From NCBI RefSeq assembly GCF_006345805.1, contig NC_043002.1, positions 96,534,001-96,598,000 on the forward strand: a DNA stretch of 64,000 nt, written 5' to 3'. This DNA is from Octopus sinensis. Taxonomy: Eukaryota. Of the stretch, positions 27,778-42,124 are shown one piece after another; positions within the stretch are counted from its first letter, which is position 1, and the number at the start of each line of letters is the position of its first letter. The translations under genes were made by a program, and so were the position numbers. The notes below the pieces were generated by a model. That model saw nothing but the letters and a program-made list of their open reading frames with translations. It was not told the origin of the DNA and ran no database searches.

Positions 27778-28548
27778 TGTAGCGTGACAGTTTCAGCCAT
27801 TTTGAAATATGACTAGCGATTTCTAATATCTTCACTATGTGAAAGGCAAGGCAGAAATGATCTCGTTTGAGGTTACAACCATCTTTGGCCAACTTGTTCT
27901 TGTTCTAAACACTAACTTGATTGGTTGCCAGGTGACACGAGTGGCCTCTGCGTGTTTTGCGCCACTGGTTGACATGTGACACGAGGGTCTCTACGTTGTC
28001 CGCGCCACTGGTTGACACGTGACGCGAATTGTCTCGACTTGTTTCGCGCCGCAGTCGCGAATCAACCAATCAAGACCTTCGGTTGAAATTCCATTTTCTG
28101 AAGTTCGGTGAGCCAACCAAACAGTTTATAAAGCAGGGTTCACAGACACTTAGGTCTTCCGTTCCAGTTCTTCTAAGAACTAACTTAGGCCACCTGCTGC
28201 TCAACTTAGAGATATGCGATTGTCTCTGCCACTACCTGTTGCTATGCTGATACCAACAACATGAACTGTGAACCGAATTCCATTGTTAATTCTATAGTCA
28301 GTACCTTTTATGCCTCACGAACACGCAGACACAAAACCATGCTAACGCTTACGAACTCCTAACATTGACACGATTGTAAAATATGTAAAATAAATAATAT
28401 TTATCTACCAACAGAAGACTTGTCGTCAATTCACTTATGTTCTATTATTACTGTATGTATTTATGGCTTGTAATGATTCGTTAAGAGTAGAACCGCGTGT
28501 GATCGTATTTCCTACACGATACGACCACATGTGATCCTATTTCTTATA
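27778..28548 (+). mobile_element. Probable solo LTR with three ~43-bp internal repeats
   Basis: Starts TGTAGCGT, ends TTATA (decayed CTACA), flanked by CTAC. Repeats at 27932, 27976 and 28019; TTTATAAA and AATAAA downstream. Confidence 0.5.
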
Positions 28549-31500
28549 CTACCATACAATATGCACTATTGTTAAACACATGTTACACAAGAATCAAGAA
28601 ATATCTTGTCAAGAGATAAGAGCTGTATAGTTTCTTGTATATTATAACATAATTGGCAGTTACAACAGGAATAATCTCTTTGTGAGAACAGCTGAAGGAT
28701 GAAATTATTTTATCAAACGTGAGTCGAGTGACACAAAGCCTCTAGCTGCAATGAGAAGTATTCATACAGAGTTGAATCTTAGGGATTTTATTAACCCGCC
28801 CCAAGAAACTCTAGAATGTACCTAAAAGTCTTTAGGTGCAAAAATTAAGCATTTCCTGAAGACTAGGACCACCTACCTCAAAATGACATCACAGATGCTT
28901 GACTGGATATTGCCATATATAGTATTATCATTTAAATGCTGCAATTACCTTTAGTCAGTATTACCAAATATAGTAATGTTGTTCGTCAGCAGTTTTGGCT
29001 GCAGAACCTAAGACATTCGGATTCGAATTTTGAGGAAGGCCATCTGCTACAGTTCTTTTAAGCCAAAAGATAAACGGGTATAATATCTTTAAATAATTGT
29101 TCATATCTGTCATTCCTTATTATTACAAGAACAGACATAGCACCCTACTTTCACTCTGTACCGGAAAATGACCCCCCATCCTATGGTCAATTACGTTTTA
29201 TTGATGCTAAATGAAGCTTTGCTATACCAAATTGAAGTACCTCAAGAAATAGTATTGTTTACCTAATGTGAACAACACAATGCAATAAATTATGGCTATT
29301 CACGACTTATACGTTGAATTCTATAAAAAGACGCATTTAGTTGAGTTGCAGGAACAGGCCCGTATATTGTGATAAACTATAGTTCACAGTGAATATGAAC
29401 AGCACTTCAAACGAGACCGTGACATCAAGCAGTACAATTTTCCAATTATTACTATTATTATGACCGGACCAAGGTAAATCTTGTTATTTTAGACTTTTAA
29501 AAGCTTAATACTGACCGGAGTCAGCATTTCCTCATTAATAGAAACAGAAATTGCATAGATTCATTGAATCATTTTGTTGAAGCTTGCATCCACCGCATAC
29601 CAACCTGTAATTTAAGGCTGGGATTTTTTTATCATTGAAGTTTATTCCTCTAGGTATGTTTGATCCAGGATTGTTTACTTTTATATTCACAGCTAACTTT
29701 CATATCTGAAGGCCTTTCCCTAGGGACCTAGTGGATGGAAGTTTTCTCTCCACACCAAAGGCCGCCAGAAGATGGTTCCATAGTCGGGTCGTCGGCAATT
29801 TTCCCTACAAACAGTGGAATCGCTGCTGTGTTTGCCGGTTAAAGCTCTAACCTTAACCCTCCAGAAAATAGAGACACCATAACGCATCCAACAAATGTGC
29901 TATTAACAAGGATCGCATATTCACCTTGCCCAATGTTGATATTTTCTTTTGTTTCCCAAGGGGTAAACTTTGGTGGAGGATTTGAAGCATGTTGAAGAAC
30001 GACAAATCCTTTTTCGAAATAAGGTGACTATGCAAAAATTCAACTACTATCGTCTTGCAAGCAAAGTTGACTTCAATGTCACTTATCGACAAAAGAAAAT
30101 GCTTTCTCAAAAATATTTAGTTGATTCATACGTCGAGTTTGGAGCATACTGTTTACAGTTTTTCTCTGACGGCAGTTTTACATTTTCCAGATGCCTTTAG
30201 CTAGGCCGAAATAATGTCTTCACCACTTGACCCTTTCTAACCTCTTCTACTTCACCAAAAGCAAGAATAGAGATAACAAGACCACCAACTAAATCTATTG
30301 TTCTCAATGATATGTCTATCTTTCTGGATAGATACATATAGCATATCTGAAGCAAAAATCAGTTCGTCACAGTCGTGACGACTCAACTGAGTTAGTCACA
30401 GTCAGTGACGACTCAACGAAGTCTGCCTGACCAGCTAGAACCTTGGTCGGAGGGAGAAAGCAACTGTGAGACAAGACCCTACAATTCTCTCTAGCTCTAA
30501 TTCTGTTCTCTTACAACATCATTCTGTCTCCTCAATTACTACTAAACAATGAAGAGAACCCAAACTCAAACTTTACTTCGCTTGCTTTTGGATGTATCAA
30601 AACCTGCACGTCGAGGCAAGGTATTTGTAACGTAACGGTAAATAAATACTTTCTTAAAACTTCATGTATTGTCTATCTTTCACATCCTACAGTATGCAAC
30701 CATAATAACAAATTATTAGCGTCGCAACTACTGACTCCAACATTTCATCATAATAATGTGTACCTAATCAATCTCTGTCGTTACAAGCAGATCTTAAAAC
30801 TAACTGAACCAGTTATACCTATTTCTTCAATCACGGCAAACATGACTTTTTTGTAATGTAAACCTAATTTAAAATCCAGAATGACCAGCAGTAATTATAA
30901 ACAAATTAAAAAGAAATAAAGCTGTAAAAAAATAAAACAGATCGTCCAGACTTTTTATGAGTGTACAAAGCTCAACTTACTAAGTTACTGATGACTCTGA
31001 AGTTCCAGTGGCGCAAGTACTCGTAATAGAATTTCCTTATGGCTATATTCTAATTATTCTTTTAGATGATGATAAAAGAAGAAATAAAAATAATATTGAC
31101 AGACTAGACTCAGCAGCAAATCTAAACGGAAACAAAGATAGTGATCTTTATATTGTTGGCAATCCCTCATCATTTCAAAAGAAACTCACTAATATAAACG
31201 TTTCTAAATGTAAATAGATATTCTGAACATTGCCGGAGCAATAGCAGAGTTGTAGGACAAATTGGACGCCATTTCGAAATCTTTATGTGAGGCTATATAA
31301 CATCTCTACGCAAAAACGTATTACGCTCAATCAATTTTGATATATTTTCATTTGTGAAAAGTACCATATATATGTTTGAATATGTCTGAATATGTTAGGC
31401 GATCAGATATAATGTCAACGGCGAAAGAAAATGCTTTAAGTTTGTTCAGAGTTTTTCTTCCGTGCAGTTCCACATCAGCGTATAGTGCCTTCGTCTTGAC

Positions 31501-32348
31501 AACCATACATATGAAAGCTTTACAGAGCGATGACCTTTGTTGGTAGTTCAATCTGTTTTGAAGCAAACATTTTCCTGTTTCTGAGTTATTCTCGCGAACT
31601 TTACGCTCCTTTATTTTGGTGTGTCGGCAGCTGTGTGAAGTAGATAATTCATATTATTCACCTGCTTCGTTATGCTTTTTAAATACTCGCTAAGATTCAT
31701 CTACATACTGTCGTTGCGAAAATCACATACACATGCGTGCGCGCATTCTTTTGCTCCAATTATTAATTCTTCTTCTTCTGAAGCAAAATTGAAATGTTAA
31801 TTCTCTTCTATTCGCTTTTTCCATTTAACAGTCACAATTGCAAATAAGTATGGGTAAATACAAATACAATAGGTGTGGAGGTGTGGGTAAGTAGCTTTAC
31901 TTTATATGTGTATATATATAAACCTACTACTGCTAAGCCATTCCACTGCCGTCTTCTCTACCGAAAAGGTAACCGTTTCCTACGCTGCTGATCAATTGTT
32001 TTGTCTCATTTTGTCTCAAAGTCGTATGACGCCCCCGTATCATTCCTGTTTTTATTTGTTACTGTAAATTTTATCTTCGTCTCTTGTTTTCCTGTCCGTC
32101 TCTGTTGTCACATTCTTTCCTTCTACCAAGCAAATCTAATGCCTATAGCTTAGTTTTTCCTTGGGGCTGGCCCTTTCGGAGCAAATCTCAGAATTACACA
32201 GCCGAAATTTGCCATGATGAATCGGTTTCTGACTGAAGAATGAAGGCTCTGAATTACTGTCCGTTTTTCCGTGTTTGTCAATTCGTGAATTTCACGTTCT
32301 TTATATATAAGTTTTATTCTCTCTCTCTCTCTCTCTCTCCTCTCTCTC

Positions 32349-32411
<63 letters not shown>

Positions 32412-32691
32412 ATATAATATATATATGAGGCTTCATTTCCACACGCGCCAGCTTAATTCAATTCGTCCTTAGTCGAAAGACACTTGTTATGGCCTGTTAT
32501 TATTTTTATTGTATCTATATTAGTGTAACATTGTCCGTTTTTTCCGTCCTTGTTTGTGTATACATTCGCTGCTTTCTTCCAAGGAATCTAATGCTCTTAG
32601 CTTAGTTTTTCCTTGGGGTTAGCCAGATTGGAGCAATCTCAGAATAATATGATATATATTACATATATATATACATATATATATATACATG

Positions 32692-32755
<64 letters not shown>

Positions 32756-32761
32756 ACTATA

Positions 32762-33012
32762 CTTGTATAGATGGGCTGGACACGTCGCCCGGCTCACCGA
32801 TAATCGGTGACGCACGCAGTTGTCGAGTGGTACCCGCGTGAGCGGAAAAGACCACCCGGAGACCTCCACGACGGTGGAGTGACGATTTCAAGAGGACGAT
32901 TGGGATCACGTGGATGAGAAAGGCGCGACCCAGAGAGGAGTGGACAGCGTGCTGTGACAGCGGTGTCAAATGGACGCCTGACGGACTGGTCGGTCAAAGT
33001 GATCAAAGTGAT
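32762..33012 (+). mobile_element. RTE LINE 3' terminal fragment in (TA)n
   Basis: RWAGHVARLTDNR and EWYPRERKRPP..PPRRWSDDF; tandem tail CAAAGTGATCAAAGTGA. Confidence 0.8.
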
Positions 33013-33049
33013 ATATATATATATAATATATATATATTATATATGTATA

Positions 33050-33094
<45 letters not shown>

Positions 33095-33273
33095 ATATAT
33101 ATATTATATATATAATATATATATAGATATAAATAATATATATATATATATATATATAATAATATATATATATATAATATATATATATATCTATATATAA
33201 TATATATAATTATATAATATTCTTATATATATATTAATATATATTATATATATTATATATATATATACATATA

Positions 33274-34358
33274 CAGTTGCGGCCAAAATGATCAGAACGG
33301 TTGAAAAAATAACACAAAATAATCAAAAAGTGACAGAGAATGCTGGAATGGATATTTCATATTTAGTGTGAAGCTTTAGCTTCAATCAAAGTTTGACATT
33401 TTTTGACTGCATGGGGAAATTAAATTTTCAATTTATTGCTGGGTGATCTTACTCCATTCTTCCTGAAGGGCATTCAATAATTGCTCGGTTGTTTTAGGAT
33501 TTCTGGCTTTCAAACGTTCTCCTAGAATATTCCACACATTTTCAATAGGATTGAGATCTGAGCTTTGCGCAGGCCAATCTATAACAATAACCTTTTCAGC
33601 CTTGAAGAAGTTCATGACCACCTTAGCCTTGTGACATGGGGCATTGTCCTGCATGAATATGGGTGGTCGCTTAGTTGAATTTCTCAGGACTGGAAAGACA
33701 TGATCTTTTACAAGTTGTTTATAAACTCCTGCATTTACCTTTCCATGTAATCGCAGCAAAGGGCCCACAACATCTCCATATATCATCCCCCAAACCATGA
33801 CACTTCCTCCACCGATCTTTTCTCTTGGTCGTTTTTCTTGGCCTACCTGTAGACTTTCTTGCTTCACACAAACTACAATCATCGTAGACCTTAAGAATAC
33901 CGTGAACAACACTTTTTGACTCGTTAACAGCCTTTGCAATAGACTTAATACTTAAATTATCCTTCTTTCGAAGCTTAATAATCTTCTGACGAATTGGTAA
34001 CGGAGTAAGTGGCATTATATTAACAAAGTACACTGCAGATATTCTTACTAATGTTTAGTAAACGAACTGTCACGTAAACAAATTCAAAACATTAGAGTTC
34101 GACGGTTAAATATACTAAAACACGGAGTAAAAGCAACCGTTCTGATCATTCTGGCCGCCATGGGTTTTGCAGTAAATCACTAAATCATCCATAACTTTGT
34201 ATTATCCTCTCTCCTCTCAAATTACACCAAAATCTCAGACAATAAATAATAAATCGTATTATGTCTGTGAAAATTCTAGAATATAAAACAACTTTGATAA
34301 AAACTTATATCTACTTTTCTGACGAAAACGATGCCGTTAAACATTTTGGCCGCAACTG
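33274..34358 (-). mobile_element. Tc1 transposon, internally deleted
   Basis: TA-flanked TIRs CAGTTGCGGCCAAAATG. HTH ORF (33719-34033, TGRPRKTT) and catalytic ORF (33433-33939; GGGSVMVWG, FMQDNAPCH, WPAQSSDLNPIENVW). Confidence 0.92.
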
Positions 34359-34525
34359 TATATAATATATATACATATATAATGTATATACATATATAAT
34401 ATATATTACATATATAATTATATATATACATATATATAATACATATATAATATACATATATAATATATATACATATATAATATATAATACACATAATATA
34501 TGTACATACATAATGTATATACATA

Positions 34526-34576
<51 letters not shown>

Positions 34577-34895
34577 TATGCTTGTATATATGAAAGATAA
34601 TAGTTTCACTTTCAATAGTTTCAGTATTAATAGTGAAACTATTAAAACTGAAAGTATTATCTCTCATTGCAATAGAGATGCTATTGCTTCAATCTTTGAC
34701 ATGTAATACTGAAATAGTGTAACAGACAAGAGATTTGTCGGGCTTGCATAGGCAAGAAGTTGCAATTTTTTTTGCCGCATGACACTGCATGGACCCCCAG
34801 TAAGGCATGTGTAAAATTTGAATGAAAGTGGTTGGGTAGTTCTCTAGTTATAGTGATTGTATACAAACAAACAGACAGACAGTCAGACATTCTCA

Positions 34896-34940
<45 letters not shown>

Positions 34941-35113
34941 TATAATATGTATATGTATGTTGTAAGTGAAAATCTACCCAGATGGGCTGTGGAGGATATA
35001 TTGGCCTGCTCGCTTAGCCAGCGGGGTGGCATCATTCGAAGGCTAAAACAATGCGAACGGCATTGTGACCAGCGATGTGTAACAACATCTGATGGTCTGG
35101 TCGGTCACGTGAT

Positions 35114-35151
<38 letters not shown>

Positions 35152-35401
35152 AAAATATAATTATTTTGGGGGAATAGTACAAGGTGCTTTAGAAATACTT
35201 TGTACTATTTCACCAAAAGGATAAGAGCATAGCGTGTACGCGCAAGTTGATTTGAAGCCAAAATATTAATCGGGTAGCGTATTATACAGAAGGACAACAG
35301 CATATAGCAGTTGAGGTAACGATGTTATATAATAGTTTATTTTACGTATCTACAGGAAATTAAGCAAATGTTTGTGGAATGAAAATTGAAGGAATTGGCA
35401 T

Positions 35402-35930
35402 TACTCTTTCACACTTTTACCCTTTTACTTGTTTCAGTCATTTGACTGTGGCCATGCTGGAGCACTGCCTTTAGTAGTCGAACAAATCGACCCCAGGACT
35501 TATTCTTTGTAAGCCTAGTACTTATTCTTTGGGTCTCTTTTGCCGAACCGCTAAGTTACGGGGACGTAAACACATCAGCATCGGTTGTCAAGCGATGTTG
35601 AGGGGACAAACACCGACACACAAATACACACACACACACGCATATATATATAAATTTAAAATAATAATGATGAAAAATTAAATATTAATTCGATTAATAT
35701 CAATTTAAAACCAGTGGTCTAGCATATAGAAAAATCTGAAGATTCAGAAAAATTATATTATATACATATAAACAACGGGCTTCTTTCAGTTTCCGTCTAC
35801 CAAATCCACTCACAAGGCTTTGGTCGGCCCGAGGCTATAGTAGAAGATACTTGCCCAAAGTGCCACGCAGTGGGACTGAACCCGGAACCATGTGGTTCGT
35901 AAGCAAGCTACTTACCACACAGCCACTCTT
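35402..35930 (-). mobile_element. SINE S1 with an AT-rich insert in its microsatellite
   Basis: Homologous to 6144-6545. Confidence 0.8.
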
Positions 35931-37281
35931 ACGCCTTACATATAAACATTTTATTTATTTCCTCATACCAAAAGAAAAAAAGACCGCTTCCGATCTAATT
36001 GGTAGACTAATGCAAAAATAATTACATAATGCGTGATTAGTGAATACAAGCTTGAAATACGACAGAATTTATCACAGAATGTAGCATCTTAAATTCCAAC
36101 ATCAATCAAGGCAAAATTTAAATAAAAACACGTTCCTGATAATATACATAGGCATTATCGTGTTTTACAAAACCAATTGAATAATGTGTTGTAGAAAGAG
36201 CATACGTTCGTGTTTATAAAGTAAGAACGTTTATTGCAGATAATGGATAGTAACAGGTAAAAAATGTGAGTGTTTTTAAACTGGTGGTTTTTAGGTTTTT
36301 TTGTTGATGAAATGTATATGTTTGTGGTATGTTGTTCTTTATGGCTTCATGTTATCCTGTATAACCATCTTTGTTTAAATACGAATTTTATTCTTATTGG
36401 TGAACGAGGGTCGGCTGTAAAGTTCATAGACTGACAAAGATACTCTCTTTGAATGTGATCAAATTTATTTTTCAACATAGTCATCCAGCTAAAGAGAAAT
36501 GACAAACCACAAATGACAAAAATGTTGTTTGTCGCACAAACTATAACCATTGAGACATTAAAAATCCAACAATAAACACTTGTTCGTCCGTGGAAATTAC
36601 AAAAGCTGATACAACATAAGAATGGGCACTCAAGCTAAACTAAGTACATGACACATTTCAAATGTTATGCACTTACTAAGTTAAAGTTAAGTTTTTCACT
36701 GGGTAATATTTTGTTTTCTAGCTCATTTGCGCGTATATTCTTATTGCTGATATTAAAAAAAAAACAACAACAACAAAAAACATCTTGTATAATCGGAGGT
36801 TATATCATACATTTTTAGTGTTGGTTAAATAGGCGTTGAATAATTAGTAGAGGTGGCTTAGGCTGCGGGCTGTTGCCCCATTATTAAAATCAATTGAAGT
36901 TTTCGGAGAAATCATTTATTTATACAATATTTTCAATTGTTACTTGTCGGAGGCTGTTATTGCTGGTACCATTAAGCAAACTAAGAACATGCTTTGAGCA
37001 TCAAGTGAAGGTGTGTGTATGTACTGGGGAGCACAAGAGAAATGGTAAATGGTTTACGGCACAAAAGAAATCTCTTCAAACTTGCTGAAATAATATTCTA
37101 AGTTGTTTATATGATCGGAAATATAATTTCGAAGTATTCATGGTGTCATGGTGAGGATCTGTTCAAAGACTCTGCAACTGAAAAAAAGTAGGAGAAAACT
37201 TTCCAAATATAAATAAAATAGAAGTATACAAAAGCAAGTTCACTCAGAGAGCGCAAACGCCCGCCAATGCAACACCAACGT

Positions 37282-39311
37282 CCTGATTTCTTTTATTAGG
37301 CACTGTTGTTGTTATATATATATATAATGTATTGATTATTAAAGGAAGTAGTGAGTACTTAGTATGAAAGATTAAGAAAATGAGAGAGACTGAAAAAACG
37401 TCTTAACGATACGAGATACTTTATTAGACTGCTGTTGTTGTACAAGGTATTTCTTGTGGCGGGAAACTTACTGGATGTCCTTGTATCAAGGGAGACAATG
37501 GGCAACGTTGATTGTTCATGTTTGTTGTGATGATTACATAACAGGCACAAGACCTCTATAAAGAAGGGACAACACAAAACAGACAAAACAGTACAATGGG
37601 GTACATAAAAACACAAATCGAATGAATTATGGATATAATGAAAAATGATGATGGAATGGCTCACCTATCCCCCATAGGCAAGCAGTTCCATTTTACTGTT
37701 TTTAAATGAAGATTTATTGAAAGTTCAATATCTGTCTTGCATCTGTTGGCTTCCTTTTTTTTCTTAAATATACTCCATTAAATCTTCGAAGGCCACCTCC
37801 GGCGGCAATTCGTCGTAACAAATCTGTATCGCTGCCATCTCTATCCTTTCCCCAAACAACTCCCTCAATCTATCTCCTCTTTCTTTTTCAAGCAAAACAG
37901 CTTTCAAACCTTCATTATTCTCTTTGGCCGCTAATTTCATTCTGATAACGTTCTTCATCTTGGCAACCTTTTTCTCTATCTCTACACTTTTTGTGTATTC
38001 CACCATTATTCTCAGGTTCCTCTCTTTTTGTGTCACTCTCCTTCTCTCCTCGCCAGCCTCTCTACTACCGCTGGCATTTCTATCTAACTCTGTCTCATTC
38101 TGTGTTGCTATCATCTCTCTTTATTTTCCTTTCTCTTCTGTACTCCTTCATCCTTGCTAGTTGATGGTCTCTGCGTTCGTTCCTCACTTTTATTGACTTT
38201 TCAGTTTTTCTCTTCTCATTCGTATTCTCTTGTTTTTCCCTCTGCGTCTCCTCTCCACTTGCCTTTGTTTTCTTCCTCGGACTTTTTGGTGGTGATTCTA
38301 TATTACTCTTCTTCCTTTTTACCAATGTATATTGCTCTTCTATTTTCTCCTCCGCTACGGTTGTACCCTCTTCTTCCTGATATTCCTTCTCTGTCTCCTC
38401 CTCTTCGTATTTCTGGGGACACTTAGCTTTCATGTGTCCCCTTACTCCACATAGGAAACATACAGGCGGTCTTCCACAATTCTTAACCTTGTTTCGTCTG
38501 GCAGTACCAGTTTTTCGCAATTTTGTGGAGGTCTGGCAAGCTTATATGAACCGATACCTCCAGTCCATACCCCCAGCAGTTCACCTCCGTAGTTCTCGAT
38601 ATTTTCAATATTTGGGTATCCTCCTCTGTATTGAAGAGGATGGCTGCCACCAGTCACGCCGCATCAGTTTCTTGGGGCACTCTACCTGTTCTTACTCTAG
38701 CCGCACGTTTGTCACAGTATGTCGGTAGTAGTGCCCACTCCGCTGATCTGAAAGGCACAGTTGAGTATTTTCTTGCTTTCTCTTCACTCACGAAGCGTAC
38801 CTCCACTGTGCCGTATTTCCTTCCTCTGTAGTATGTCGTTACATTCTTAACTTCTCTCAGGCATTCCTCGACCGCCTCCACTGCTGCTATTTCCACTTTT
38901 TTCGTTGCAATATTCAACGTTCTGTATACAATTGTTTTCTCCATCTTTTCCGTCACTTTTGGGGAGGCGTCAACCTCAGGCTATCTCCCTCCTTTCTCAA
39001 TAAATCATTATATTTCTTGAAGTTTTTCTCCTTCAATGTAAATTCTCCAACTTGCATTACCTTTGCTGATAGGCTTTTGCCAGTCACCGCGGCATAACTA
39101 CCCGCTTGCACTGGTGTACCTTCCATCACAATATTGTTCACAACTTCACCCATAAATGGGGAAGAAAATTTTAAAAAATCAGTTAACAACAAGTTCAACA
39201 ATTTCAGGTAACAACAATCCAACAATTCAATAAATAACAGTTTAACAATAACAGTACTCACATGGAGCGTATACACTTCAAACTCAACTGACTCAAATAC
39301 AACACTAACGA
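37282..39311 (-). mobile_element. L1/Tx1-like ORF1-only non-LTR element (HAL1-like), frameshifted
   Basis: 12-bp TSD CAACACCAACGT. ORF1 pieces include SYAAVT, an RRM-like YGTVEVRF segment and the zinc knuckle CFLCGVRGHMKAKC. No EN/RT; 3' end AATAAAAGAAATC. Confidence 0.7.
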
Positions 39312-39365
39312 CAACACCAACGTACTTTCAACGATTAGCCAAATTTGATTTTTAAAATGAGAATA

Positions 39366-39664
39366 TCTTTATATATAAAAATGTAGTTGTGTGTCTGTCT
39401 ACACCGATTTAGATTCCTAACTACTCCCACATTTTGCCGTGCAGTTTAACCAAAAGCGAGTATCTTATAGTCGTGATTCATATCGAGCCCTTCTGTGTAT
39501 TAGCGCGCGTCTACGATGAGTCTATGATTAAAAAAAAAATTACCATAATTTTTCCGCATTTTTAATGTATTTTCGCGCGGTTTATATAAGGGAAGTAACT
39601 CTCTAAAAATGCTTATATAGTTATTTCCCTTACAAACCCGAGCAACGCCGGGCGATACTGCTAG
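39366..39664 (+). mobile_element. Non-autonomous Helitron (short form)
   Basis: A|TC...hairpin-CTAG|T; one internal repeat fewer than the 400-bp copies. Confidence 0.85.
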
Positions 39665-40802
39665 TCTGAAATAAACTCGACTGCTCTCACAAATGAGAAT
39701 ACTAAAAATGAACTCGACCGCTCTCAAAAATTAAATAAAAAAACACAGAAAAAATAATCCAGAATCCTTGTCCGGTACCGGATCGATCTCAAAATCTAAT
39801 CAGTTCGTGCCAGTCATGAGGCCAAACATTCCTGAAAGTTTCATCCGAATCAATCCGGCGGTTCTTGAGATAGCTTGTCCACGGACAAACAAACGAACAT
39901 ACTGAATATAATACTTGTTACCCCCGTCTTCGCTAAGGCGAGGGTAATAAACATTATTTTCCATCTTACTGTTACTTTTGTTTCATTCGGAAAAGTAAAA
40001 AAAAGATACATTATAATTTATTATTGTTTACATTTTGAATTTCATATATATATATATGGGCGCCCAAGTCTTTTAAGTGTTTAGGGCCTCTATAGGTCTT
40101 AATCCGGCCCTTATGTTAGATAAGAATTAACTATATCTTCGTGTGGCGAGAGGTGAGAATTAAGAATGTCCTGTGTCGATGTTTGGAGAAGTGCATTGTT
40201 GACGAAGTGATTTGTTTTTAATTGACTGAAAATCCTGTGTTTGTTTGTCCTGTCAAAAACCTCTCTCAACCCCTGCATTGATTGTCTCGCGATTCTTTAT
40301 TTTATGGCTATATGTTGGCAGGAAAATCATCGAAAATTCCATCGATCGTACGATTGCAGCTGAAATACTGTTGGTCATAATTCAGTGTAGATCACTTGAT
40401 ATGATGTGGCCTGTTTCTCGTTACTGAACTAACGCGGTTTCAGATTTAAATGCCGTTACACTTTAAAGAGAATTAGATCTTGAAATAAATATTTCGATTA
40501 CCGATACACAATTGAAATAAAACATACCCTGTCAATGTGCCATGGCTATATCGATTAACCTATTGTCAACGTTTGTTGATGTGACGGTGTTGTGAGATGC
40601 TTAGTAAGACAACTTAATGAGAACAACTACAAACAACTATTCAACCATATGATGCAGTACCAATAAAATCAATACCATTAAAATTAAGATCACGTCACAC
40701 GTAGAAAGATTTATGAACCTGGTCATCCGATCGCCTATTGTACGTCATCAATCCGCTTGCAAAAACCTAGTTTGCAGAATTCGTAAACTTATTTATTCCT
40801 TT

Positions 40803-41268
40803 TTGCTAACCAACCACATGGTTCCGGTTCAGTCCCACTGCGTGGCATCTTGGGCAAGTGTCTTCTGCTATAGCCTCGGGCCGACTAGGTGCAGGAGCGG
40901 CTGTGTGGTAAGTAGCTTGCTAACCAACCACATGATTCCGGGTTCAGTCCCACTGCGTGGCATCTTGGGCAAGTGTCTTCTGCTATAGCCCCGGGCCGAC
41001 CAATGCCTTGTGAGTGGATTTGGTAGACGGAAACTGGAAGAAGCCTGTCGTATATATGTATATATATATATGTGTTTGTCCTCCTAGCATTGCTTGACAA
41101 CTGATGCTGGTGTGTTTACGTCCCCGTCACTTAGCGGTTTGGCAAAATAGAACGATAGAATAAGTACTGGGCTTACAAAAGAATAAGTCCAGGGGCCGAT
41201 TTGCTCGACTAAAGGCGGTGCTCCAGCATGGCCGCAGTCAAATGACTGAAACAAGTAAAGAGTAATGA
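40803..41268 (+). mobile_element. SINE S1 with duplicated head
   Basis: Head segment 40803-40885 repeated at 40917-41000. Confidence 0.8.
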
Positions 41269-41608
41269 GTTTTTAAAACAATAAGTATTGTTTCATCGTA
41301 TTAAAGGGGGGGTTAATACGATTTTGTCCAGAAATCACGTTTTCAAAATCTTAATCCCCCCCCCCATCCTCACTGAAATTTCGTAATTTGTAACTTTTTC
41401 GAATTTTTTTTTTTTTGTTATCTACGTAGAAAAATACAGAGATTACGAATCTGGGAAATACATATACTTTTTATAGTTTAATTTTTCTTAAAAAAACACT
41501 CAGTGCCTCTTCCCCCACCTCATCCACTCAGCTTTAAATTTGCTCGTGCACACTGCAAGAAAAAACATAATTCGCACATAAGTTTTACCTAGAGTGTGTA
41601 TATGTGTG

Positions 41609-41664
<56 letters not shown>

Positions 41665-41896
41665 AAAGGAAGTTATTTTGTGACATTCTTTCGTTTGAAG
41701 AAGCAAAATTGTTAACTCAACATTTATAGGATCATATGATTGTTCGATAATTTCCGTAAAATTATTTTAATTTCTTTATGCTTTGAAGAGAGCAGAAATT
41801 GAAAGAGAGGATAAAATAAAAAAGTGACATTTGCTTTGAAGTGAGAGGAAAAAGTAAAAGAGAGGAGAAATTGAAAGTGTACGAGTATATGAAATG

Positions 41897-41932
<36 letters not shown>

Positions 41933-42124
41933 AGAGAGAGAGAGTGAGAGAGAGAGTGAGAGAGAGAGTGAGAGAGAAGTGTGTGTTGTGATGTATGAAC
42001 TTTTTGCATGTATGTGTAAGTGTCATTCACCCGGTTGCTCTCTCTCTGTCTTTCCTCCCCCTCTCTCTCTGTCTCTCTCTCTCACACACACACACACTAT
42101 CTTTCACATACTTGTACATAAATA

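Noticed and set aside
27922-28052. CRISPR-like repeat array
   Set aside because: These are contiguous ~43-bp tandem repeats without unique spacers, in eukaryotic LTR-like DNA with no cas genes
29853-30200. Overlapping short ORFs
   Set aside because: No recognisable motif or splice support in the frames examined
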